This document shows positions 25,646-37,957 of a stretch of 64,000 nt of DNA, piece by piece. The DNA comes from Octopus sinensis (lineage: Eukaryota). The notes beneath the pieces were generated by a model. It ran no database searches. It saw only the letters and a list, made by a program, of their open reading frames with translations, and was not told the DNA's origin. Both the position numbers and the translations under genes were made by a program. Where the stretch lies: assembly GCF_006345805.1 (NCBI RefSeq), contig NC_043020.1, positions 13,640,001 to 13,704,000 on the forward strand. The letters are read 5' to 3'. Each line of letters begins with the position of its first letter. The stretch's first letter is position 1.

Positions 25646-25999
25646 GCCTTGTAAAAGAACACAGAAGGTTGGGCCACCAACCAGGCATTTCATGATATTC
25701 TTCTTAAAGCCAGGAACTTTGCAACACCCCCTTGTATATATGTTATAATCTTGATTAGCCATATGATCAAGAAGTTTGCTTCCCAACCAAGACATTATAT
25801 CTAAAGCAGGGGTTCTCAACCAGTATTTCGTCTGCTGCTACATTCTGAGTTCAAATTCCGCCAAGGTCGACGTTGCCTTTCATCCTCTCGGGGTTGATGA
25901 AGTAAGTATCAGTTATGCACTGGGGTTAATGTAATCAACTCGCCCCCTACTTCAAAAATTTTCAAGGCCTTGTGCCTAGAGTAGAAATGATTATTATGG

Positions 26000-26035
<36 letters not shown>

Positions 26036-26056
26036 TATTATTATTATTATTATTAA

Positions 26057-26250
26057 GGCAGTGAGCTGGCAGAATTGTTAGCACACTGGGCAAAATGCTT
26101 AGCAGCATTTCATTCTGAGTTCGAATTCCACCAAGGTCAACTTTAACTTTATCCTTCCAAGGTTGACAAAACGGGTACCATTGGGGTCGATGTAATCAAC
26201 TTACTCCCTCTCTCCCAAAATTGCTGGCCTTGTGCCAAAATTTGAAACCA
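26057..26250 (+). mobile_element. Older SINE A variant after (ATT)n
   Basis: GGCAGTGAGCTGGCAGAA head; alternative tail CCTTGTGCCAAAATTTGAAACC. Confidence 0.75.
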
Positions 26251-26447
26251 TTATTATTATTCTATGTTTGACTTTTGCTTTATATTTGTACAAGTTGGCT
26301 CCTAGTCTCACCCAGAGACCTCAAGAGACAACAGGTTGGAAGTTTGTGATGTTGTTATGCCTAGTGTGCCATATATTTGGTTTTGTATTTAGTGTTGTAC
26401 TAGTGAATGTCAAAAAAAAAAAACGAAAATTATGTTTGTTTTAAAAC

Positions 26448-26490
<43 letters not shown>

Positions 26491-27342
26491 TCATGTAAAT
26501 AATTTTCTTCCTCTCTGTATACACACACCTGTACAGGCACTCATACACACACTATATATCCAATATGTGTGTATATATAATATATATACATATATATATA
26601 TATATAATATATAGTGTTCTGTTTGTCAATGAATAAATAATATCTGCTCTTCTTGCTTCTTGCTGTCAGTCCATTTCCTTATTTATATTCACCACCAGAT
26701 GTTCCAACTTAATTCTGAAAGAATCCCTGTACCCCCCCCTACCACCACTACCACACACACACACCGATCCTTGTTTCTAAAGACATTAGATGGGAGTCAT
26801 TCGGTTCTTCTGTATTGAGGGTGTTCCAGCTTCTAATCACCTCTCATTCAAAAAACACTCTGATGCAACCAAATGCTTCTCACTTCTGGTTTTTGTGGGG
26901 TTTTCACTGGCAAGAAGAGTCCAATCCTACTTAGCTATTTCTAAATATCCTGTATATTTAGTTTCACTTCAAATGAAGACTCCAGCAGTATTTTGTGTTT
27001 TGCCATCGTTTGCTTTTGAAATTGACTTTTCAAAAGATCTTAATTTTATTCGACACATTCCATACAATTTAATTAATGTTTCATTGAAAATAACCGAGAG
27101 AGCAATGGAGACGGAATTCGGAAAAGTACCAAAGTTGTAAATGTTAATAGAAATTAATGTTTGTTTAATGATCGTGATTGATTCCGAATATTGATATCTG
27201 TCTGTGCCAAATGAGAATAATGCAAGTTGAATAAATTATGCAAATTTGCATGAATATATTTGACATCATTTTATAGTTTCTGTGGCCCATGTCATTGTGA
27301 CTACAACAAGCAATATTCACTGGTTTTAATAATGTATGCTCA

Positions 27343-27616
27343 CATCATCATCATCATCATCATCATCATCACAATCATCACAATCATCATCATCATCATC
27401 ACAATCATCATCATCATCATCATCACAATCATCATCATCATCATCACAATCATCATCATCATCATCATCACAATCATCATCATCATCATCATCATCACAA
27501 TCATCATCATCATCATCACAATCATCATCATCATCATCATCACAATCATCATCATCATCATCATCATCATCCAATCATCATCATCATCATCACATCATCA
27601 TCATCATCATCATCAC

Positions 27617-27648
<32 letters not shown>

Positions 27649-27690
27649 CAATCAATCATCATCACATCATCATCACAATCATCACAATCA

Positions 27691-27724
<34 letters not shown>

Positions 27725-27843
27725 CAATCATCATCATCATCATCATCACAATCATCATCATCATCATCATCACAATCATCATCATCATCATCATCACAAT
27801 CATCATCATCATCATCACATATCATCATCATCATCATCATCAC

Positions 27844-27894
<51 letters not shown>

Positions 27895-27924
27895 CATCAC
27901 AATCATCATCATCATCATCATCAC

Positions 27925-27956
<32 letters not shown>

Positions 27957-28005
27957 CAATCATCATCATCATCATCATCACAATCATCATCATCATCATC
28001 ATCAC

Positions 28006-28037
<32 letters not shown>

Positions 28038-28281
28038 CAATCATCATCATCATCATCATCACAATCATCACAATCATCATCATCATCATCACAATCATCA
28101 TCATCATCATCATCATCATCACAATCATCATCATCATCATCATCACAATCATCATCATCATCATCATCATCACAATCATCATCATCATCATTATCACAAT
28201 CATCATCATCATCATCATCATCATCACAATCATCATCATCATCATCATCATCATCACAATCATCATCATCATCATCATCAC

Positions 28282-28322
<41 letters not shown>

Positions 28323-28392
28323 CAATCATCATCATCATCATCACAATCATCATCATCATCATCATCACAATCATCATCATCATCATCATCAC

Positions 28393-28427
<35 letters not shown>

Positions 28428-28473
28428 CAATCATCATCATCATCATCACAATCATCATCATCATCATCATCAC

Positions 28474-28505
<32 letters not shown>

Positions 28506-29444
28506 CAATCATCATCATCATCATCATCACAATCATCACAATCATCATCATCATCATCACAATCATCATCATCATCATCATCATCACAATCATCATCATC
28601 ATCATCATCACAATCATCATCATCATCATCATCATCACAATCATCATCATCATCATTATCACAATCATCATCATCATCATCATCATCATCACAATCATCA
28701 CAATCATCATCATCATCATCACAATCATCATCATCATCATCATCACAATCATCATCATCATCATCACAATCATCATCATCATCATCATCACAATCATCAT
28801 CATCATCATCATCACAATCATCATCATCATCATCATCACAATCATCATCATCACATCATCACAATCATCATCATCATCATCATCATCAATCATCATCATC
28901 ATCATCATCACAATCATCATCATCATCATCATCACAATCATCATCATCATCATCACAATCATCATCATCATCATCATCACAATCATCATCATCATCATCA
29001 TCACAATCATCATCATCATCATCATCACAATCATCATCATCATCATCATCACAATCATCATCATCATCATCACAATCATCATCATCATCATCATCACATC
29101 ATCATCATCATCATCATCACAATCATCATCATCATCATCATCACAATCATCACAATCATCATCATCATCATCACAATCATCATCATCATCATCATCACAA
29201 TCATCATCATCATCATCACAATCATCATCATCATCATCAATCATCATCATCATCATCACAATCATCATCATCATCACATCACAATCATCATCATCATCAT
29301 CATCACAATCATCATCATCATCATCATCACAATCATCATCATCCATCATCACAATCATCATCATCATCATCATCACATCATCATCATCATCATCATCACA
29401 ATCATCATCATCATCATCATCACAATCATCATCATCATCATCAC

Positions 29445-29477
<33 letters not shown>

Positions 29478-29632
29478 ACAATCATCATCATCATCATCAT
29501 CACATCATCATCATCATCATCATTATCACAATCATCATCATCATCATCATCATCATCACAATCATCATCATCATCATCACAATCATCATCATCATTCATC
29601 ACAATCATCATCATCATCATCACAATCTCATC

Positions 29633-29664
<32 letters not shown>

Positions 29665-30042
29665 CATCATCATCACAATCATCATCATCATCATCATCAC
29701 ATCATCATCATCATCATCATCACATCATCATCATCATCATCATCACAATCATCATCATCATCATCATCACAATCATCATCATCATCATTATCACAATCAT
29801 CATCATCATCATCATCATCATCACAATCATCATCATCATCATCATCACAATCATCATCATCATCATCATCACAATCATCATCATCATCATCATCACAATC
29901 ATCATCATCATCATCATCACAATCATCATCATCATCATCATCACAATCATCATCATCATCATCATCACAATCATCATCATCATCATCATCACAATCATCA
30001 TCATCATCATCATCACATCATCATCATCATCATCATCATCAT
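27343..30042. repeat. 2.7-kb (CAT)n array punctuated by CACAAT roughly every 18-33 nt
   Basis: Direct reading; source of the spurious 928-aa and 1094-aa ORFs. Confidence 0.97.
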
Positions 30043-30130
30043 TTAAAGCAGTGTTTCTCAACCATTCTATATTTATGGATCCCTCTGATGGATGTTCATG
30101 GCCATTCAGTGTTTTGAAAAATCATATTTT

Positions 30131-30540
30131 CTTTCACTCCTTCACTTGTTTCAGTCATTTGACTGTGGCCATGCTGGAGCACCGTCCTTTTAAGTCGAGC
30201 AAATCGACCCCAGGACTTATTCTTTGTAAGCCTAGTACTTATTCTATCGAACCCTTTTGCCGAACTGCTAAGTTACGGGGATGCAAACACACCAGTATCG
30301 GTTGTCAAGCAATGTTGTGTGTGGGGGCAAACACAGACACACAAACACGCACACATATATATATATACACATATACATATATACGACGGGCTTCTTTCAG
30401 TTTCCGTCTACCAAATCCACTCACAAGGCTTTGGTCAGCCCGAGGCTATAGTAGAAGACACTTGCCCAAGATGCCACGCAGTGGGAATGAACCCGGAACC
30501 ATGTGGTTGGTAAGCAAGCTACTTACCACACAGCCACTCC
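30131..30540 (-). mobile_element. SINE family B
   Basis: Both halves present. Confidence 0.9.
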
Positions 30541-30567
30541 TTATATTATTGGGAATTGTATTTTTTA

Positions 30568-30783
30568 TCTTTTACTTGTTTCAGTCATTAGATTGTGGCC
30601 ATGCTGGGGCATTGCCTTGAAAAATTTTCAGTTGAATAAATCAACCCCAGTTCCTATTTATTTCTTTAAGCCTAGTATTTTTTCTATTGGTCTCTTTGCC
30701 AAACCACTAAGTTATGAAGATGTAAACACACCAACACCGGTTGTCAAGTGGTGGTGGAGGACAAACACACACACACACACACA

Positions 30784-30826
<43 letters not shown>

Positions 30827-31227
30827 CCACAATGGGTTTCTTCCCATTTCTGCCTACCAAGTCCACTCACAAGGCTTTGGTTGGCCTAAGGTTATAGTAG
30901 AAGACGTTTGCCCAAGGTGCCATGCAGTGGGACTGAACCCAGAACCATGTGGTTAGGCTTCTTATTTCTTTATTGCCCACAAGGGGCTAAACATAGAGGG
31001 GATAAACAAGGACAGACAAAGAGATTAAGTCAATTACATCGACCCCAGTGCATAGCTGGTACTTATTAAATCAAAACCGGAAAGGATGAAAGGCTAAGTC
31101 GACATCGCCAGAATTTGAACTCAGAACGTAGCAGCAGACGAAATACCGCTAAGCATTTCGCCCGGTGTGCTAACGATTCTACCAGCTTGCCGCTTTTAGG
31201 CTTCTTACCACATAGCCATACCTGTGC
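30568..31227 (-). mobile_element. Diverged SINE B interrupted by a SINE A
   Basis: B head resumes at 31197 after the insertion. Confidence 0.75.
30965..31196 (-). mobile_element. SINE family A with 11-bp TSD
   Basis: TAGGCTTCTTA at 30954-64 and 31197-207. Confidence 0.9.
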
Positions 31228-31318
31228 CTATGTTTATAATTATAAATGGTTATAATTATTTTTTTAAAACCCAAAACCATGAAATTCATAAAAATAAAAA
31301 GTTGATAGTTTCTTTGGT

Positions 31319-31710
31319 ATTTCAATATTTCGGGCTAAGAGCCCCTTGCTCAGGAAATATTTGAAGAAAAATCAGTATTTACTGTCTTCTCTATTCTCTA
31401 GTTGTTTGTGTATTTGATATGTGTTGCTATAGTAACCAATTGGTCACATACAACTCTGATCTGTTATTTATGTGTCATATATATTTCTTAATTAGAAAAA
31501 GGTTTTATTATGCTCAACTTTCCAATGTTTTTGCCAGTAGCTTTAATGAAAACTGGGATGTCTTGGTGTAGCATTTCCATAGGTGTGTTTTGATGGAAGA
31601 ATCATTAGTATAGATGTGTTCTTTAATCGGTATGTGTAATTGTTTGATAGTACTTCCGATGTAGAATCCATTGCATTCCCTACATGTGATTTTTATACTC
31701 CACATAGGAC
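31319..31710 (-). mobile_element. Penelope-like element 3' remnant: GIY-YIG endonuclease fragment plus HHR remnant
   Basis: IKITCRECNGFYIGSTIKQLHIPIKEH matches the PLE YxIxCxxC..YIGxT..L..R..EH pattern; INNRSELY end; HHR-like motif at 31319-31358. Confidence 0.75.
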
Positions 31711-31807
31711 TTCAGAAATATGTTTTCGTTTCTCATCAACCTCCTTCTAAGCATGATAGATATATTCTCACTGTGTCTGTTTTGGGATGGTGACTTCAGT
31801 ATGCTAT

Positions 31808-32215
31808 TACTCTTTACTCTTTTACTTGTTTCAGTCATTTGACTGCGGCCATGCTGGAGCACCGCCTTTAGTCGATCAAATCGACCCCGGGACTTATTCT
31901 TTGTAAGCCCAGTACTTATTCTATCGGTCTCTTTTGCCGAACCGCTAAGTGACAGGGACGTAAACACACCAGCATCGGTTGTCAAGCAATGCTAGGGGGA
32001 CAAACACAGACAGACAAACACACACACGCACACACATATATATACATATATACGACAGGCTTCTTTCAGTTTCTGTCTACCAAATCCACTCACAAGGCAT
32101 TGGTCGGCCCGGGGCTATAGCAGAAGACACTTGCCCAAGATGCCACGCAGTGGGACTGAACCCGCAACCATGTGGTTGGTTAGCAAGCTACTTACCACAC
32201 AGCCACTCCTGCGCC
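31808..32215 (-). mobile_element. SINE family B, young (CpG-rich)
   Basis: Full length. Confidence 0.92.
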
Positions 32216-32639
32216 TATTAACAGTTTCCTGATTTTTCTAAATTCCTCAATTCCAGTTTATTATGGTGAAGCTATAATTTATGATCGGTTTGACTAGTGT
32301 GTTTATTCCTATTATCTTATTTTTAGCATTGACTGAGTAATGAAATTTCTGAGAATAAATATGTAGCAGGGAAAAGAAATTAATTTCACACACACACACA
32401 CACACACACACATCTAAAACTATCTATGTAAACAAGTATTGATGTTGATGATGATGATGATGATGATGATGACAACGACCCTTCCTTTTGTTGGCACAAT
32501 GCCTGAAATTTGGAGGGAGGGGGTAAGCGGATCATATCGATCCCAGTACTTGTACTTAATTTATCGACCACAAAAGGATGAAAGGCAAAGCTGACCTCAG
32601 TGGAATTTAAACTCAGAACGTAGCAACTGAAGGAATACC

Positions 32640-32872
32640 TATTTCTTTATTACCCACAAGGGGCTAAACACAGAGGAGACAAACAAGGACAGACATAGGT
32701 ATTAAGTCGGTTACATCGACCCCAGTGCATAACTGGTACTTAATTTATCGACCCCGAAAGGATGAAAGGCAAAGTCGACCTCGGCGGAATTTGAACTCAC
32801 AACGTAACGGCAGACGAAATACGGCTACGCATTTCACCCGGCGTGCTAACAGTTCTGCCAGCTCGCCGCCTT
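32640..32872 (-). mobile_element. Young SINE A nested in an older A (~32480-32935), 15-bp TSD
   Basis: AACTGAAGGAATACC at 32625-39 and 32873-87. Confidence 0.9.
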
Positions 32873-33062
32873 AACTGAAGGAATACCACTAAGCATTTCT
32901 CCTGATGTGCTAACAATTCTACCAGCTCACCATTCTTAAGAATGATTTCAAATTTTACCACAAGGGCAGCAATTTTCGTGGGGAGCTGGCAGAATCATTA
33001 AGCAAGCTGGACAAAATGCTAAATGGACTAAAGGTGATGCTCCAGCATGGTCGCAGTCAAAT

Positions 33063-33847
33063 GGGAAGCACTCCGTCAGTTACGACGACGAGGGTTCCGG
33101 TTGATCCGATCAACGGAACAGCCTGCTCGTGGAATTAACGTGTAAGTGGCTGAGCACTCCACAGACACGTGTACCCTTAGCGTAGTTCTCGGGGATATTC
33201 AGCGTGACACAGAGAGTGACAAGGCTGGCCCTTTGAAATACAGGTACTACACAAACAGGAAGTAAGAGTGAGAGAAAGTTGTGGTGAAAGAGTACAGCAG
33301 GGATCACCACCATCCCCTGCCGGAGCCTCGTGGAGCTTTAGGTGTTTTCACTCAATAAACACTCACAACGCCCGGTCTGGGAATTGAAACCGCGATCCTA
33401 TGACCGCGAGTCCGCTGCCCTAACCACTGGGCCATTGCGCCTCCTAGACATACACACATATGCCTACACACACACGTTTTTTTTTCTTTTTATCTCATTT
33501 CTTCTCTTCCTAGTCTCTCTCCAAGACTATTCCCGAGTATCTGAAGACGGACTGTGTCCAAAATGTTGGCAAAGCCACAGAAGGCTGAAACCGCGATCCT
33601 ACGACCGCGAGTCTGCTGCCCTAACCACTGGGCCATTGCGCCTCCTAGACATACACACATATGCCTACACACACACGTTTTTTTTTTCTTTTTATCTCAT
33701 TTCTTCTCTTCCTAGTCTCTCTCCAAGACTATTCCCGAGTATCTGAAGACGGACTGTGTCCAAAATGTTGGCAAAGCCACAGAAGGCTGAAACCGCGATC
33801 CTACGACCGCGAGTCCGCTGCCCTAACCACTGGGCCATTGCGCCTCC
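33063..33847 (-). mobile_element. SINE family D (tRNA-like head) with head triplicated in a 201-bp tandem repeat
   Basis: Full D 33063-33444; unit (59-bp head + 142-bp spacer) at 33386, 33587, 33789; the whole sits inside a split SINE B tail. Confidence 0.85.
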
Positions 33848-34472
33848 ACTGACTGAAACAAGTAAAAGAGTAAAGAGAGAGAGAGAGTATATACGTGTGT
33901 TTACATATGCATGTCTTCATGTGTGCATATCAGTGTGTATGTCTTTGTTTTGTTTTTGTATATGTGTATGGATACTGCATAAATATATATAAATATATAT
34001 ATGTGTATAGGCAGACATAAATATACACACACACTCAGTCACTCACACACACACACACACACACACATGCCAACTCACACATAGTGTTGTGGTTTTAGTG
34101 TGAGTGTCTACAAAATTTCTTTTCTTCTGCACTGGTAAGGTGAGAATTTTATGAAGTTAATTAATGATGATAAGAAAGCCAACTCGTTATTACCTCATTA
34201 GCTTTGGTGTTGGCACCAGCATAAGTAATCTTGCAGATAGCAGCAGATCTTATGGCTGCACCAGTGGAGCTGCACAATTGCTGCAGATGAGATTCACACA
34301 CATACACACACACACACAGGTAAATATATATCCATCCTCTTTAGCAAATAGGAGATTTTTCTCTGCCGTTGCACTCTGCTGCTCTCCTGTGGAAGGAGTG
34401 GATCAGGTACATTTTAATTAAAGACAGGATGGCCATGGTTGTAATACATTTGATATCATAGATCTGTTGGAC

Positions 34473-34932
34473 TTCTTCTTCTTCTTCTTCTCTTCTTCTT
34501 CTTCTTCTTCTTCTTCTTCTTCTTCTTCTTTTTACAGCATTCACCCGGGGTGGGTTGAGCTGGCTTCATTCATTCTCAATGCTGCATCTCTCACAAATGC
34601 TGACCAGCCCTGGCGATTTGAGGCTAACGACCGCGTGATCTCCAACCACTCCCTATTCCAGCGGCAAACGCCGTAGACATGAGAACCTAGGTTGGGTTCA
34701 AGATCAGCCTTGACTGTCATCAGCCAGGTTTTTCGTTGTCCACCACATCGCTTTCGCCAACCCTGAAGGAGAGCTGGGGCAGTTGCTTCATAGATGAATT
34801 CTCCTGGTTGACGACAGAGGGCATGACCCAGCCAACACAGACGTCTCGTTAGGATGACTTGTCGGAGGGAGGTGATTCTGCACTGGTGTCGCACCGAATT
34901 GTTGGAGACAAAGTGATGCCACAACAATACTA
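34473..34932 (-). mobile_element. RTE LINE 3' end with (AAG)n tail
   Basis: ..RRLCWLGHALCR..GWRKRCGGQRKTW..NRQGW..THPG*; (TTC)n on plus strand at 34473-34530. Confidence 0.85.
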
Positions 34933-35600
34933 AGTGAAAAGACAAAGACTAGATCTCAGGCCGAACAATCGAAATTGCTGAAAAAGCGAAACAAGCTCGA
35001 TGCAACCAATCTGATACCTTCAGACAACTGTGCCATGAAGCTGCCCGGGATCTTTTCGGTTTGAACGGCAGAGTTTTTTTAAAATAATTTCGACGTAACT
35101 AAACACTTTTAAACTTCGTATACTGGTAGAATGTGTTTATAAAACATCTTTTTCTCTTGGCTTTATTGAGAAAATTCTATAGTTTGTAAGATATTTGTTT
35201 TTTATTTTCTTCAATTTCTGCAATTTCAACCAATCAATGACGTCTATTGAGGTGAAAACATTCTGTGCCGTATGAATATGTCCCTCGTTTAAGAAACAGA
35301 TTGGGTTTATTTACATTTCTGAAGAAAAAAAGCTACCCTTCCCCCCACCCTTAACCCTAACCCTAACTCTAACACTAACCCTAAAACAGATTGAAATGCA
35401 ATAGATCGATACTAGGGTCCTAATTATGGGTGTCAATTTCATATGACACTGCTAGAAAAAACTGCCGGTCAAACCGAAAAGATCCAGCTGCCTGTTCTGC
35501 CCACGCTGATCAAAATAAATTCTGGAGGACGGTGGCTGAAGATATGGAACGCGCTGCATCTGCTGGGACTTCCATAAACTCTCTGTTGAACTTGGACAAG
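34933..35600 (+). mobile_element. RTE endonuclease-RT linker fragment, opposite orientation, interrupted by a MITE
   Basis: Removing the MITE and one TSD gives ISGRTIEIAEKAKQARCNQSDTFRQLCHEAACSAHADQNKFWRTVAEDMERAASAG in frame. Confidence 0.7.
35048..35485. mobile_element. MITE with GG-ended TIRs and 9-bp TSD (Merlin- or MULE-type); internal (CCCTAA)n
   Basis: GGATCTTTTCGGTTTGAACGGCAG / CTGCCGGTCAAACCGAAAAGATCC; TSD AGCTGCCCG / AGCTGCCTG. Confidence 0.8.
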
Positions 35601-36255
35601 CCTAGGGCTAACTAACAACAGCAATAACAACAACAGTAATATTGTATTCTTGTGTAGAGCTGGCAGAATCGTTAGCACACCAGGCAAAATGCTTAGCACT
35701 GATTCATCTTTATGTTCTGAGTTCAAATTCCACCAAGGTTGACTTTGCCTTTCATCCTCTCAAGATCGGTAAAATAAGCACCAGTGGAGCCCTGGGATCA
35801 ATGTATTTGACACTTACCCACTCACCTGAAATTGCTGACCTTTTACCAAAATTTGAAACCCAGCATAATATTCTAGTGCCCTTCAAAGTGTTGTGTCCTC
35901 ATTGTTCCTCTTCTACCACTACTGTGGTCCCTGCTTCTCAGCTGCTCTTGTGCTATCTTCATTCGGGCCCTTCCAGCTCATTTGCTTTATTTGGTATGAC
36001 CCCTATCCCTAGGTGTTACCCTAAACCACTTCCCCAGTCCTTCCTTCTTAAATCAAACCAAAATACAACTGAATGGAAAGGAAAAGAAGGGACAATGAGA
36101 TATAATGTTATAGTAACCAACATATCATATTTAATGTATGTACACTGTTGATAGGCCAGTAACTGTGGTATTTGTCCTAAGATGACATCTCTTGTTGACA
36201 TACTGTGTTAAAACCACAATAAACATTCCAGCATCAGCCAGAGAATATTAGATAT

Positions 36256-36665
36256 TACTCTTACTCTTTTACTCTTTTACTTGTTTCAGTCATTTGACTG
36301 CGGCCATGCTGGAGCACCACCTTTAGTCGAGCACATCGACCCCAGAACTTATTCTTTGTAAGCCTAGTACTTATTCTATCGGTCTCTTTTTGCCGAACCG
36401 CTAAGTTATGGGGGTGTAAACACACTAGCATCGGTTATCAAGTGATGTTGGGGGGACAAACACAGACACAAACACATACACACACATATATATATATATA
36501 TATGATAGGCTTCTTTCAGTTTCCGTCTACCAAATCCACTCGCAAGGCTTTGGTCAGCCTGAGGCTATAGTAGCAGACACTTGCCCAAGGTGCTACGCAG
36601 TGGGGCTGAACCCGGAACCATGTGGTTGGCAAGCAAGCTACTTACCACACAGCCACTCCTGCGCC
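36256..36665 (-). mobile_element. SINE family B, ~1.3 kb upstream of the GOPC exon
   Basis: Full length. Confidence 0.92.
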
Positions 36666-36859
36666 TATATATTTCACCTTTTTCAGTTCTTTTCATTAGC
36701 ATATACATGCAGCCAGCCACATGATCAGACAAGAATTTGTTGCTTCTGATATAGAAAACATTGAATAGATCATTTGGCTACTGAGATATTGTCGACTGAA
36801 TTGATCTCTGACTATTCTGTGGCACAACCCAATTTTTGTCCTTGATATTTCTTATTTGG

Positions 36860-37400
36860 TTACTCTTAGAAAGTATGAGAAAATACCTGATATTTCCTTG
36901 AAACTTTGCTTTTGTTAAGATATTTACTCAAACCCTAAAGAACACCTCTCAACACATGGCTATGATGCTCCCCCACTACTCCTGCTCTCTATGTAATACA
37001 ATTTTTATCCTTGGGTAGCAAATGTTATTTCCTGTTTTTTTACCCCTAGAAAGTATGAAAAATGGCTAATATTTCCTTCAAATTTTGCTTTTGTTACATT
37101 TACTCAAACCCCAAAGAATCCCTCTCAACACATGGCTATGGTACCCCCCACCACCACCACTGCTCACTATGCAAAGAAATTTTTGTCCTTGGGGAGCAAC
37201 TGTTATTTGCTGTTTGCTTACCCCCTAGAAAGTATGAAAAATTAGCTAATATTTCCTTCAGAATTTGCTTTTGTTACATTTATTCAAACCCCAAAAGAAT
37301 CCCTCTCAACATAGAATCCCTCTATGATGCTCTCCCACTACTCCTGCTCATCATCAGAGATCCACATATTGTCAGCCACTAACAGATATGCTCTCAAGTG
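36860..37400. repeat. ~180-bp diverged tandem repeat (x3) containing a family G segment
   Basis: TAGAAAGTATGA at ~36867, 37047, 37226; CAAAGAATCCCTCTCAACACATGGCTATG is shared with G. Confidence 0.75.
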
Positions 37401-37957
37401 GTGTGAAGGTCAAGCAAATAGGTGATATTCTGCAGAATATTTGCTATAATGATATTTCTGCTTCAGCAACTCAGTGCTGAATCTGTCTGAAATGTAATGG
37501 AAAACAGGTCAGTTTCAAAATATTGATGTCCAGGTGACAAAAGCAAAGCCTGAAGGGAATAGTAGTCACTTCCTTTGATTTCTAGGTATAATTCTTATTT
37601 ATTCACATTGTTTTGAATTAATCATACACCACCCTATTGCTTCTTGATAATAAAGTAACTTATTTTGAGATTGACATTGTAGGATAGGTGCGAGAGGCAA
37701 GATCTGGCCAGTTTGAACATAAAGCATATTTTGGCTGGATATAGCCAGTCTAAGCCCTAAAGGGTTAATTGTTGGTGTTTCAACTCCACCAGACTGACTA
37801 TGGTGCCGTGCCAATCTATCAACAGGTTACATTCTTTATTTTAGCTATCGTAGTAAAAGACCATGCTGTAGCACTGCTATAAGACTCAGCACTGCCACCA
37901 CTACAGCTTTTATCACGGTCTTAAATATTAATGCCATCGTTCTTTGTTTTCTTTCAG

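Larger units (their letters stand above)
25043..25733. mobile_element. mariner-derived MITE interrupted by two P2 MITEs
   Basis: Inverted ends GAGGGACTGAAAAGTTCCTGG / CCAGGAACTTTGCAACACCCC; minus strand retains a decayed transposase C-terminal end (..GEYIE*). Confidence 0.65.

Noticed and set aside
26790-27140. 116-aa plus ORF, and minus-strand MAKHKILLESSFEVK.. start in a unique region
   Set aside because: No recognisable domain; the minus frame stops after 21 codons; no GOPC exon 1 motif (FRWLE..EKEFDKAF)
27260-30620. 928-aa, 1094-aa and 597-aa ORFs
   Set aside because: Stop-free only because (CAT)n lacks stop codons; products are poly-I/S/H/M/D with no splice or domain evidence
33541-33572. 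Hammerhead in the 201-bp repeat spacer
   Set aside because: CUGAAGA and a stem II are present, but GAAAC reads AAAAT and no stem I can form
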